Below are positions 1-8,862 of a stretch of DNA of 41,555 nucleotides, in pieces. Origin of the DNA: a virus (taxonomy: Duplodnaviria > Heunggongvirae > Uroviricota > Caudoviricetes). The DNA is taken from IMG/VR virus record IMGVR_UViG_2698536372_000033. The stretch is one strand, 5' to 3'. How positions within the stretch are numbered: the stretch's first letter is position 1; the number at the start of each line of letters is the position of its first letter. Below the pieces are notes generated by a model. It worked only from the letters and a program-made list of their open reading frames with translations. It ran no database searches and was not told the DNA's origin. A program made the position numbers and the translations under genes.

Positions 1-1002
1 TTACCCTCTATTGTCAAAAGGGTTCAATTCAACAGCAGCCTCTAAATGACCTGGAGCAAAATGCGCATAACGCATAGTCATTTTTATATCGCTATGCCCC
101 AGTATTTTTTGCAACACAAGAATATTTCCGCCCCGCATCATAAAATGACTGGCAAACGTGTGACGTAGCACATGAGTTAATTGCCCATCAGGAAGCTCGA
201 TCTTCGCTCTCTTAATTGCAGCGTCAAAAGCCTCATAACATGGTGAAAATAGCGCTCCTCGTTTTTGAGGAAGCATAGCCTGCAATTGAGGTGAAATCGG
301 TACAGTGCGGTTCTTCTTTCCTTTAGTTTTAACAAATGTGATTCGACCGGGCAGTACTTGAGATTGCTTTAATCCTTCAGCTTCACTCCACCGAGCACCA
401 GTCGCAAGCCCAATACGGACAACAACCCCCAAATCTTTATTCCGTGACTCATCACACGCAATCAGAAGGCGTTCAATCTCATCTACATACAGAAACGCCA
501 GTTCCTTTTCTTCCTCACGAAACTTGCGAATACCAGTCAGGGGGTTTTCACCAGACCACTCCCCAAGGCGCTTCAGTTCGGCAAAAACAGCATGTAGATA
601 TGACTGCTCGCGATTAACGGTTGCTTCACTAAGTTTTTTCTTCCCCTTGGGATTCCATTCTCCTGATAGCCTTCTTTCCCGATAAGTAGCAAACATATTT
701 TTGTCAAACTGAGAAGCAAATGGATCCCCCAGCCTGGAACAAATCGCCTCAAGTTTGACTTTGCGCTCTGCACCAGAGGACAAGGTTTTACCGTACATCT
801 CAAACCAACGAGCAATCAACTCAGAAAGACGAGGACCAGAACCATCTTGAAACTCGTCTCCAACTCTACTATTCATTAAACGGCGCTCATAAGAGAGCGC
901 CTCACTTTTTGTCGCAAACTGTTTACGAATGCGTTTTCCCGATGCCCCGTAGGGATAACATTCGCAAAGCCATTTACCTGATGGAATCTTACGAACCGAC
1001 AT
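1..1002 (-). CDS. int: Tyrosine site-specific integrase (P2 Int-like)
   Basis: 333-aa ORF; C-terminal region HVLRHTFASHFMMRGG...MTMRYAHF matches the catalytic R/H-x-x-R/Y region of phage tyrosine recombinases; sits at the prophage end in the same operon as the repressor, as in P2. Confidence 0.9.
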   Translation of the reverse strand: MSVRKIPSGKWLCECYPYGASGKRIRKQFATKSEALSYERRLMNSRVGDEFQDGSGPRLSELIARWFEMYGKTLSSGAERKVKLEAICSRLGDPFASQFDKNMFATYRERRLSGEWNPKGKKKLSEATVNREQSYLHAVFAELKRLGEWSGENPLTGIRKFREEEKELAFLYVDEIERLLIACDESRNKDLGVVVRIGLATGARWSEAEGLKQSQVLPGRITFVKTKGKKNRTVPISPQLQAMLPQKRGALFSPCYEAFDAAIKRAKIELPDGQLTHVLRHTFASHFMMRGGNILVLQKILGHSDIKMTMRYAHFAPGHLEAAVELNPFDNRG

Positions 1003-1007
1003 TTTAG

Positions 1008-1355
1008 TTACTTATCACATAAATCAAATGCAGCCTTAGTGACATCCCCCAGACTCTTTTTTAACCCTGGGGCGGCATCATTATCTAGCCAAAATGGATT
1101 ATTGTTATCTAACGGTAACGCACCAAATGTTTTACCTTTTATTCGAGCTAAACCTGTAAGCGCATATAACTTATTATCGTCAAAATTCATCACATAAGGA
1201 TTACCATCAAGACACTGTAATTGAACCTCATCAGTATTAAATGGCCATACCCCATTGAAACTCTCACGTTCAATAGTTTTAAAAGGCATTGCGACGGCGG
1301 AAAAAGAAAACATAGATAAAAAAGTAACTAATAGTTGAACCTTTTTTACTTTCAT
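1008..1355 (-). CDS. Small secreted/periplasmic protein of unknown function (cargo in repressor-int operon)
   Basis: 115 aa; N-terminal signal peptide MKVKKVQLLVTFLSMFSFSAVA with AXA-type cleavage site, no lipobox; two Cys; AT-rich; 5 bp from int start. Confidence 0.55.
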   Translation of the reverse strand: MKVKKVQLLVTFLSMFSFSAVAMPFKTIERESFNGVWPFNTDEVQLQCLDGNPYVMNFDDNKLYALTGLARIKGKTFGALPLDNNNPFWLDNDAAPGLKKSLGDVTKAAFDLCDK

Positions 1356-1384
1356 ATCATTACCTCAATTTAGCTCAAGTAAGA

Positions 1385-2035
1385 TTACAAATTAAAAAAC
1401 ACCCTAGAAATGGCACCGCCTACCAAAACCCCTACGCAGATAAAGAATATTATTTCTTTTGGATAAAGTCGGATTAATTCTGAAGCACGAAGTCGAACTT
1501 CTGGTAAGGCCGAACTCTCTGTGTGACTTGATGCCGATTGTTGCTCTAACCACGACAATGCAGACTGTAACTGAGAACGAGTAAGATCGTTTAAACGTCC
1601 TGTACCGAAATTGATATGGCAATACCGCAGAAGTTTTTGTCGAAGTCCACAGTCTTCACTGTTACGTAGTAATAAACTTACAAGAGTCTTACAGGCATCA
1701 TGATCTTTACATCGCTCAAGCATTGCATGCAGAAAACTCTCCGCTGTTTTATATTGATTTACTGTCATATCATCAATACCAGCTACACCAATCTCCGCAT
1801 GTACTTTTTGCCAAATAATAAACGCTTCAGTATTGCTAGCTTCTGCAATAGCAGCAACCAAGCTATTTAGCTCCTTACGCTGAGCCTTAAGCAAAGGGCG
1901 ATCGTCATCATCATTATTCGAAGGGATTGCGATATTGACGGTATGAGAACCATCATATCGCTCTATCTGAATATTCTTTTCGTGAAAATCACGCCCAGCA
2001 ACGCGATTGTTTGAACCGTTTGAGTTGACGGCCAT
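1385..2035 (-). CDS. C-terminally membrane-anchored protein of unknown function (cargo in repressor-int operon)
   Basis: 216 aa; hydrophobic C-terminal helix IIFFICVGVLVGGAISRVFF; N-terminus carries motif NNRVAGRDFHE that is also at the C-terminus of the upstream repressor; 15 bp downstream of repressor stop. Confidence 0.55.
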   Translation of the reverse strand: MAVNSNGSNNRVAGRDFHEKNIQIERYDGSHTVNIAIPSNNDDDDRPLLKAQRKELNSLVAAIAEASNTEAFIIWQKVHAEIGVAGIDDMTVNQYKTAESFLHAMLERCKDHDACKTLVSLLLRNSEDCGLRQKLLRYCHINFGTGRLNDLTRSQLQSALSWLEQQSASSHTESSALPEVRLRASELIRLYPKEIIFFICVGVLVGGAISRVFFNL

Positions 2036-2050
2036 GTCACCTCCCTACTA

Positions 2051-2455
2051 TCACCTACCCTTAGTTTCGTTATAGTCACGACCAGCGATACGGTTATTAC
2101 CACCAGAAATATTTAACTCACGTCCTGATGGCTGAGTTTCCTTTTCACTGATCGCACCTTTTAAAGCCCCGATCACCGCGTTTTTCACATCTAACGAAGC
2201 TGCTCGAAAGCGAGTAATCAACTCCTGCTCATCATCGTTATAAGTTTCAGGTGAGTGAATTCCCAACACAACATACTGAACATCAAGGCCAAAACGAGAC
2301 AGCGCTGCCAAATACGCAGCATCAGGAAAGCTATCTCCTTTCTCATATCTAAGCTGAGTTAGCTTTTTGACTCCACCAATGTCGCTCATGGCAACTTGAC
2401 TAAGTCCCAATCTTTCCCTTTCCTCACGCAACCGCTGACCAATATCATTTTTCAT
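2051..2455 (-). CDS. Immunity repressor, XRE-family HTH (P2 C / 186 CI position)
   Basis: 134 aa; N-terminal HTH QRLREERERLGLSQVAMSDIGGVKKLTQLRYEKG; divergent from early operon across a promoter region; first gene of the leftward int operon. Confidence 0.8.
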   Translation of the reverse strand: MKNDIGQRLREERERLGLSQVAMSDIGGVKKLTQLRYEKGDSFPDAAYLAALSRFGLDVQYVVLGIHSPETYNDDEQELITRFRAASLDVKNAVIGALKGAISEKETQPSGRELNISGGNNRIAGRDYNETKGR

Positions 2456-2530
2456 ACAAAAACCTTGACAGGTATCTTTTTTGATACCAAAATGATTTCA
2501 CGAGCTATTAGATGATCACAATATACCACT
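2456..2530. promoter_or_regulatory. Divergent early promoter/operator region (lysis-lysogeny switch, Pe/Pc equivalent)
   Basis: 75-bp gap between divergent repressor and early operon; TTGACA at 2465-2470 with A/T-rich -10 candidates 17 bp downstream; several TGAT-containing repeats. Confidence 0.45.
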
Positions 2531-2737
2531 ATGAAACAAGTTCTTCACGATACCAGATCACGCATTCCGCGTAACACCGCCACAGGTCCAAGACTGGCAC
2601 TTCGGCTGTCCCTCGAGGAGCGAGCCGTCATTGATGAAATGGCAGCTAAAGAACAACGCTCATCCTCTAACATGGCGCGCATGATCTTCCTTCGCGGCCT
2701 AGAGCTAACCCAGAAAGAACAAAACAAATCTTCCTGA
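2531..2737 (+). CDS. Small ribbon-helix-helix-like DNA-binding protein, first early gene (Cox/Apl position)
   Basis: 68 aa; pattern RLALRLSLEERAVIDEMAAKEQRSSSNMARMIF resembles RHH/MobC-type binders; position corresponds to P2 cox. Confidence 0.45.
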   Translation: MKQVLHDTRSRIPRNTATGPRLALRLSLEERAVIDEMAAKEQRSSSNMARMIFLRGLELTQKEQNKSS

Positions 2738-2753
2738 TCAGGAGGCTAGTGGG

Positions 2754-2957
2754 ATGTCAGGTATAACCATCAATATCAATGTGAATGCCCCCTATGTATC
2801 CCTGCAGAAATATGCAGAGATAACAGGTATCCCTCTTAATACATGCAAAAAGATGTTGGCTGACGGTCGAATTATTATCCGCCCCAAACGCGCCAAAATG
2901 GAAAAGCCTGAAGTAAACCTTGTGGCGATGTTAAAAGACGCTTTGGCTAACAGCTAA
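2754..2957 (+). CDS. Small HTH DNA-binding protein (excisionase/AlpA-like regulator candidate)
   Basis: 67 aa; LQKYAEITGIPLNTCKKMLADGRIII looks like a helix-turn-helix; GGAG-containing RBS region upstream. Confidence 0.45.
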   Translation: MSGITININVNAPYVSLQKYAEITGIPLNTCKKMLADGRIIIRPKRAKMEKPEVNLVAMLKDALANS

Positions 2958-2978
2958 AACAATGAACAGAGCATCATC

Positions 2979-3329
2979 ATGAAAAAAAACACTAATAATC
3001 CATACTCCAAATTTCGTAATGGCGTAGAACGCCATGTACACCACGTCGCTACCAGTGCATCACGTAGTAACAGCCGCTATAACCTGAACGAGACGCACGC
3101 AACACCAGATGGGCACGCTGTAAAACAAATCGGCGAACACACCTGGCTGATTGAGAAAGCTGGAATCGTGGTTCACAGATGCCCACACAATCCGTTTACC
3201 GGAAACCGCATTTTTGCATTAAGCAGCGGCGATAATCAGTTCGGGCAGGATTTCACATTGTACGAAGCACTACGCACAGTCGATCGTCTGCTTCGCGGGC
3301 AAAGTTTTATTAAACAGGCTGCTTTATAA
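2979..3329 (+). CDS. Hypothetical early-operon protein
   Basis: 116-aa ORF in co-directional early operon; no recognised motif. Confidence 0.5.
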   Translation: MKKNTNNPYSKFRNGVERHVHHVATSASRSNSRYNLNETHATPDGHAVKQIGEHTWLIEKAGIVVHRCPHNPFTGNRIFALSSGDNQFGQDFTLYEALRTVDRLLRGQSFIKQAAL

Positions 3330-3339
3330 CAGGTGCTTT

Positions 3340-3618
3340 ATGACTAAAGACCATGCACAAGGTGTATTTATCCGCTTTATTGATTTTCGCGGTGAACTGT
3401 TATTACGCGCATCAGCTATTGACGGAGTAGTTCCATCTGAAAAAAACGCAGCTACCTACGTTTATCTGAACGGTACACGCCTGACTGTAGAGCTTCCGTA
3501 CCAGATCATTCGCGAAATAATTAGCGAAGCCGAAAAATCTCGTCAGGTTAATGGCGATGAACCCTATATCGAGATTATCTGCATGGATTCAGAAGCTGAA
3601 ATTCAGAAAGCAGATTAA
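3340..3618 (+). CDS. Hypothetical early-operon protein
   Basis: 92-aa ORF, 10 bp after previous gene. Confidence 0.5.
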   Translation: MTKDHAQGVFIRFIDFRGELLLRASAIDGVVPSEKNAATYVYLNGTRLTVELPYQIIREIISEAEKSRQVNGDEPYIEIICMDSEAEIQKAD

Positions 3619-3629
3619 AGGGTGTTGCG

Positions 3630-3872
3630 ATGGATAAAGAATATAAAACTCTCATCAACAAAGCACTTGAGCGTTTTTATTTTCGTTTAAGCGCATCCGG
3701 CGCTCATTCAGAACGTGCAGCCCGTGACTCATTGACCAGGGCTATCCGGAGTCTGTATGACGTAGCTTTTTACGCTGACGATCTGGATGCACTTAATGAA
3801 CTTTCTGAGCTTATCTGCGCCGCAGAATGCGGGGAGCATATTGAGCCGTACAAACTGGGAAATATCGCATGA
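3630..3872 (+). CDS. Hypothetical early-operon protein
   Basis: 80-aa ORF; stop overlaps start of the next small ORF (ATGA). Confidence 0.5.
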   Translation: MDKEYKTLINKALERFYFRLSASGAHSERAARDSLTRAIRSLYDVAFYADDLDALNELSELICAAECGEHIEPYKLGNIA

Positions 3873-3982
3873 GTATATTTATATCCTGGATTGTTCTTAT
3901 TATTTCGGTGGTTTGTGCAATTGGTATTATGCGAATTATTAATTCAGTAAAAAAGATTGAACGCTTTTTCACTGGCGAATAA
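3869..3982 (+). CDS. 37-aa single-pass membrane peptide (MSIFISWIVLIISVVCAIGIMRIINSVKKIERFFTGE)
   Basis: Not in ORF track (too short); ATG at 3869 overlaps upstream stop by ATGA; hydrophobic helix then basic tail; AT-rich. Confidence 0.35.
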   Translation: MSIFISWIVLIISVVCAIGIMRIINSVKKIERFFTGE

Positions 3983-4068
3983 CCGCATAAATAAAACCCC
4001 AGCTTAAATAAAAAAATGTGAACACAATCTGCATTCGCAGAGGTATTCACACACACCAAGGAGGCGTA

Positions 4069-4272
4069 ATGGCAATTAAGCATTTTCCTGTCGTTCGTTT
4101 CACCTCCAGAGGACGTGAATACGAAGTCGACGAACGTCTGATTACCACAATCGACAAACACCGCTCAGAAAAGGATGCACACCACATCTATCTCACTGAC
4201 GGCACTTACTTTTGCGCCACTAATGTGGCGCGGGTGAATCTTATCCGACAGGTACAGGATCCACGCAAATGA
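4069..4272 (+). CDS. Hypothetical early-operon protein
   Basis: ATG at 4069 preceded by AAGGAGG (4057-4063); 67 aa MAIKHFPVVRFTSRGREYEV...; ORF-track start at 4018 is probably too far upstream. Confidence 0.55.
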   Translation: MAIKHFPVVRFTSRGREYEVDERLITTIDKHRSEKDAHHIYLTDGTYFCATNVARVNLIRQVQDPRK

Positions 4273-4487
4273 GTAGGAGAAGAATCACTCGCAGACATCA
4301 CCGAACACACCTGAGTTCCTCAGCAACGCTAAAGGCACTTATTCAAAGCGAGATCGGTGATTTCTTCGCGGGAGTTGGCTCACCAGGCGAACCAGAAACA
4401 CCAGAAGCGATGCAGCGTGAGCTCATGATACGCATAGATAACACTTTTGATTTCTTCTACAGCATGCACGGAATTAAACAGAAATGA
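4269..4487 (+). CDS. Hypothetical early-operon protein
   Basis: 72-aa ORF, start overlaps previous stop. Confidence 0.45.
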   Translation: MSRRRITRRHHRTHLSSSATLKALIQSEIGDFFAGVGSPGEPETPEAMQRELMIRIDNTFDFFYSMHGIKQK

Positions 4488-4595
4488 ACCTCAAGCCAGC
4501 AATAACTACTCGTAGAACGTCAATTCCTGTAACCGACCGCTTCTGAGTTTTTTGGCAGGAAGCCTTCGCACATCTGTAGTAAAGAGAATTGCAGC

Positions 4596-4985
4596 ATGAT
4601 TGACGCTCATGACTTCACAAGATGGGTGCGCACACAGGACACCCGTCTGGCTCCCGTTCTTCAGGGATTATTTGATCTCTACATCCGTGGTCGTGACAAC
4701 AGAGCACGCACCACAAAACCGGAGAATGCAGACACCCTTTATTTCACAGTAGACGACTGCTACCGCGTGGACTTCACACCACACGGGCTGGCGTTGCACT
4801 GCCTGACACCACACGGCGAATCACTGCTGGCGTATTACGACTCCCCGGCCTCCATATTTGCGGCAATGCTGGCGCATCGCACTGCTGGCGGGTGTGCCTC
4901 GCTGAGTGAATACTCCGCTGAATTTAACCGCCTTTCCGCCCTCTTCTCACAGGAGTGGCAGCGCGTGACGGGATACCAGCCATGA
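4596..4985 (+). CDS. Hypothetical early-operon protein upstream of replication gene
   Basis: 129-aa ORF; stop overlaps ATG 4982 of the replication gene. Confidence 0.5.
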   Translation: MIDAHDFTRWVRTQDTRLAPVLQGLFDLYIRGRDNRARTTKPENADTLYFTVDDCYRVDFTPHGLALHCLTPHGESLLAYYDSPASIFAAMLAHRTAGGCASLSEYSAEFNRLSALFSQEWQRVTGYQP

Positions 4986-7822
4986 GTGCGTTTGCATGGA
5001 GCTGGAATGAACCACGGCCAGCCATTGATCCGGCCAGATTTACGGAGCGCAGGCAGGAAACTGAAACCGACCTGCAACGCGCCATCCGTTACTACCTTGA
5101 GGCAAACAAAAGGGCACAGGAAGAACAGGAAGCGAAGGAAGAAGCCTTTTTCGCACAATCCACCGTGGGTAAAAAACTCATGGCATCCCTTGAGGAAGCC
5201 GGACAGCGTGAAAAGCTGGCACAAAGCATCATCAGCAAGCGTCAGGCAACAGAACAAGACCCGGTGGCCCGTGCTTTTGCCACACTGAAGGTGCTTCCCG
5301 TTTATCTGCGTGAACCTCTGAGCCGCCACCTCTCTTTTCTGCGCAAGAAGCAGGAAGCCGATCGTCAGAAAGGCAAAAAGAGCTGGCAGGCTGAACGCTA
5401 CGCGCGCGGAACCCTGCGCAAAATATTCGAACGTCTGGACCGCACCGACAGCCGCTGGCTGACACCGGGCTATCGCTCCCTTGCCGGACGCGAACGCCTG
5501 GACGATTTGCTTTACCTGCCGCAGCTCAACAAACACCAGATACAGACGCTGGCCACCATGACGGCGGCGATGTTCAGTGGCACTTTTGAAAAACTCTGCG
5601 ATGGCTTTGGCGCGACCGATGGCGAGCTGACCATGGATGTAACGCTGAAGGCGTATCAGATGCTGGCCCGCATGGCGTTACACCTGCACGCTATGCCTCC
5701 ACATTATGACGCTCTGACAACAGACAAAGACCGGAGGAATGAACCGGACACGGAGCTGCTGCCGGGCGCAATCCTTCGCCTGACCTGTGCGGAATGGTGG
5801 AAACGCAAACTGTGGCTGTTACGTTGCGAGTGGAGAGAAGAACAACTCCGCGCCGCCTGTCTGGTTTCCAGAAAAACATCACCCTATCTGAGCCAGGACG
5901 CGTTAAGCGAGTTTCGCGCACAGCGCGAGAAAACACGCGATTTCCTGAAAAGTTTCATGCTGGAAAACGAAGACGGGTTCACGATTGATCTCGAGACAGT
6001 GTATTACGCGGGAGTAAGTAACCCGATTCACCGTAAGGCAGAAATGATGGCCACCATGAAGGGGCTGGAACTTCTGGCCGAAGCCCGTGGCGACAGAGCG
6101 GTGTTTCTGACTGTCACCTGCCCGTCAAAATACCACGCCACAACAGAGAACGGTCATCCGAATCCCAAATGGAACGGGGCCACCATGCGCGACTCCAGCG
6201 ATTACCTGGTTAACACGTTTTTTGCGGCGGTCCGCAAGAAACTGAACCGCGACGGCCTGCGCTGGTATGGCATCCGCACGGTGGAGCCTCACCATGACGG
6301 CACCGTGCACTGGCATATGATGGTCTTTGCTCATCCGGAAGAAATCGACACCATTGTGTCCCACACCCGCGATATTGCCATTCAGGAAGACCGCCACGAG
6401 CTGGGCAATGATATTACTCCGCGCTTTAAGGTGGAGTATGTCGACGGCTCAAAAGGCACGCCAACCAGCTACATCGCCACCTACATCGGAAAGAACCTGG
6501 ACAGCCGCGCCGTGGATGGCATCGACCCGAAAACGGGCAAGCCACGCGTTGACCACGAAACCGGAAAATCAATGGCCGAGAGCGTGGAACGCGCCATCGG
6601 CTGGGCACGCCTTCACCGGGTCCGCCAGTTCCAGTTCTTTGGCATCCCCTCCCGTCAGGTATGGCGTGAACTCCGCCGCCTTGCCAGCCAGATGGCACGC
6701 AACCCGGAAGGCCCACAACGGCTGAAGGATGATGCAATGGATGCGGTACTCGCTGCCGCTGATGCCGGGTGTTTTGCCACCTACATTGAGAAACAGGGCG
6801 GCGTACTTGTTCCACGCAAAGACTACCTGATTCGCACCGCCTACGACCTCGCAGATGAGCTGAACGATTACGGCGAACAGAGCGTACAGATTTACGGGAT
6901 CTGGTCACCACTCATCGGGGAATCCTCCCGTGTGTGCACGCACCCGGATAACTGGAAGCTGGTAAGACGTAAACCGGAAGCGGAAGACAGCACCCGCGAA
7001 AATGGTTTTGACCTTCAGGGCGGCCCTGCCGCCCCTTGGACTCGTGGCAATAACTGTCCCCGTGTACAGGAAACGGACAACAACGGGACAGAACAGCCGG
7101 AAGAAAGGCCAGCACCGTGGCCGCAGCTTCCTGACGGCGTTGACGTGAATGAATGGATGCGCTCACTGAAACGGCACGAACGCCGGGCGCTGATGCGTTC
7201 GCTGCGTGACAAACAGGCAAAAAACAGCAGTGATGAAATGCAGAACTGGACACAGAGCCGCAAACAGCCACGGCCTTTGCCTGATAATCACGAGTTACTC
7301 GCTAAAGAATGGCGGGAGTCTGCTGAATCTCTCGGCCTGCATATCGGTGAACAGCAGATGCAGCACCTGTTACGGGGCGGCAGTCTGTACGTTGACGGCA
7401 GCATCATTGCACCGCAGGGATTTGAAATTGTACGCAAACCAGATACCCGCCCGGACAGCCGAATCACGCAACTCTGGCAGCGCCTGAGCCGTAATCACGG
7501 CGTAAGCAGCACGGAGATCCGCCATAACCCGGTCGCCAGCTATCTGGAACAGCTGGGGGCATCAGACCCCGAAGCCGCCGCACACCTGGCATCCACACTT
7601 CAGCAGGACCAGAACACCATGAAAACCCCCGTTACCGTGCTTTCTGACATGCTGCGCGCCATCCGTGACGCAGTGCACGCACAGAGAATCAGTGAAACCA
7701 CTGAACGCGCCCACCGCAAAGCAGACCTGCTGCGGGGTAGCCTGACCAGTGGAAACAAAAAACAGACAGAAACGGGACTCACAAATCCCGTAAATGAGCA
7801 AAAAACGTGCCGCGATATATGA
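4982..7822 (+). CDS. A: Replication initiation endonuclease (P2 gpA-like rolling-circle initiator)
   Basis: About 950-aa ORF in the P2 gene A position; contains histidine-hydrophobic motif HWHMMVFAH typical of rolling-circle initiators; start uncertain (ATG 4982 or in-frame GTG 4955). Confidence 0.85.
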   Translation: MSAFAWSWNEPRPAIDPARFTERRQETETDLQRAIRYYLEANKRAQEEQEAKEEAFFAQSTVGKKLMASLEEAGQREKLAQSIISKRQATEQDPVARAFATLKVLPVYLREPLSRHLSFLRKKQEADRQKGKKSWQAERYARGTLRKIFERLDRTDSRWLTPGYRSLAGRERLDDLLYLPQLNKHQIQTLATMTAAMFSGTFEKLCDGFGATDGELTMDVTLKAYQMLARMALHLHAMPPHYDALTTDKDRRNEPDTELLPGAILRLTCAEWWKRKLWLLRCEWREEQLRAACLVSRKTSPYLSQDALSEFRAQREKTRDFLKSFMLENEDGFTIDLETVYYAGVSNPIHRKAEMMATMKGLELLAEARGDRAVFLTVTCPSKYHATTENGHPNPKWNGATMRDSSDYLVNTFFAAVRKKLNRDGLRWYGIRTVEPHHDGTVHWHMMVFAHPEEIDTIVSHTRDIAIQEDRHELGNDITPRFKVEYVDGSKGTPTSYIATYIGKNLDSRAVDGIDPKTGKPRVDHETGKSMAESVERAIGWARLHRVRQFQFFGIPSRQVWRELRRLASQMARNPEGPQRLKDDAMDAVLAAADAGCFATYIEKQGGVLVPRKDYLIRTAYDLADELNDYGEQSVQIYGIWSPLIGESSRVCTHPDNWKLVRRKPEAEDSTRENGFDLQGGPAAPWTRGNNCPRVQETDNNGTEQPEERPAPWPQLPDGVDVNEWMRSLKRHERRALMRSLRDKQAKNSSDEMQNWTQSRKQPRPLPDNHELLAKEWRESAESLGLHIGEQQMQHLLRGGSLYVDGSIIAPQGFEIVRKPDTRPDSRITQLWQRLSRNHGVSSTEIRHNPVASYLEQLGASDPEAAAHLASTLQQDQNTMKTPVTVLSDMLRAIRDAVHAQRISETTERAHRKADLLRGSLTSGNKKQTETGLTNPVNEQKTCRDI

Positions 7823-7898
7823 AGCGCGCACAAAACAGGCAAAAGCGGGATTTAAAAATCCTGTAACCGATTAATTAATCAACACAAGGAAAAGCGAC

Positions 7899-8858
7899 AT
7901 GAAAATTTGTATCGACGACGGCTCCACCAACATCAAGCTGGCATGGACTGAGAACGGCGAACGCCGCAACGCCATCAGCCCGAACAGCTTCAAGTCGGAA
8001 TGGTCTGCGCCGTTCGGTGGCACGCAGCCCGCGAACTACATGCTTGATGGCGTGCGCTATGGTTTTGATCCGGTCAGCGATCGCTTTGTCCAGACGACCG
8101 ACACGCAATACCAGTACAGCGATGTGAATATAATTGCCATTCATCACGCGCTGGTCAAATCAGGCATCACACCACAGGAAGTGGATGTGGTTGTCACCCT
8201 GCCACTGAGCGAGTATTTCGATACAAACGCACAGCCGGACATGGCCAACATCAACCGCAAAAAAGCGAACGTCATGCGCCCGGTGGAGTACCAGAACGGC
8301 GAAGCATTCACTATCCGTAACGTACGGGTTATGCCTGAATCCATTCCGGCTGGCTTTAAGGCACTGGCTGACATGAGTCCGTTTGAATCCCTGCTGATTG
8401 TGGATTTGGGCGGAACCACTCTGGATGTGGCAAAGGTTCAGGGGCAACTGGCAGGTATCAGCCAGGTGTTTTGCGATCCACACGTGGGCGTTTCTCTGAT
8501 GGCCGATGCCGTACTGTCGGTGATGGCCACTAACGGTATGCGCACCAGTCACCACATCGCCAATACCATTATCGAACATCGCCATGATGAAGCCTGGCTG
8601 CGCCAGCACATCCACAATGACGCGCATTACGCCAGCCTGATGGCGGTTATTCGTGAAAAGGAAGAAACACTGAAACAACGCGTGATCCGCGCGCTGGCGG
8701 GTTTTTCGGGTTACGGGCGGGTGATGGTTGTCGGTGGAGGGGCGGAGATTGTGGCACCCGCTATCCGCGAAGCCTGCGGAGTTAATGCGACTTTCATCGC
8801 GGACGGGGTGCCACAGTTTGCTCTGGTTAATGGGCTGTACGCAATGGACAAGGAGTAA
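7899..8858 (+). CDS. parM: ParM/StbA-like actin-family segregation ATPase
   Basis: 319 aa; N-terminus MKICIDDGSTNIKLAW and internal VMPESIPAG, DLGGTTLD, VMVVGGGAE closely follow plasmid R1 ParM as I recall it (phosphate-1, phosphate-2 and adenosine motifs of actin fold). Confidence 0.8.
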   Translation: MKICIDDGSTNIKLAWTENGERRNAISPNSFKSEWSAPFGGTQPANYMLDGVRYGFDPVSDRFVQTTDTQYQYSDVNIIAIHHALVKSGITPQEVDVVVTLPLSEYFDTNAQPDMANINRKKANVMRPVEYQNGEAFTIRNVRVMPESIPAGFKALADMSPFESLLIVDLGGTTLDVAKVQGQLAGISQVFCDPHVGVSLMADAVLSVMATNGMRTSHHIANTIIEHRHDEAWLRQHIHNDAHYASLMAVIREKEETLKQRVIRALAGFSGYGRVMVVGGGAEIVAPAIREACGVNATFIADGVPQFALVNGLYAMDKE

Positions 8859-8862
8859 ACCA

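Noticed and set aside
4835-7842. Long antisense ORFs within the replication gene (4835-5536, 6125-6397, 6426-6911, 6912-7271, 7562-7842)
   Set aside because: High-GC coding region produces open antisense frames; they overlap a well-supported gene and have no independent start or RBS context.
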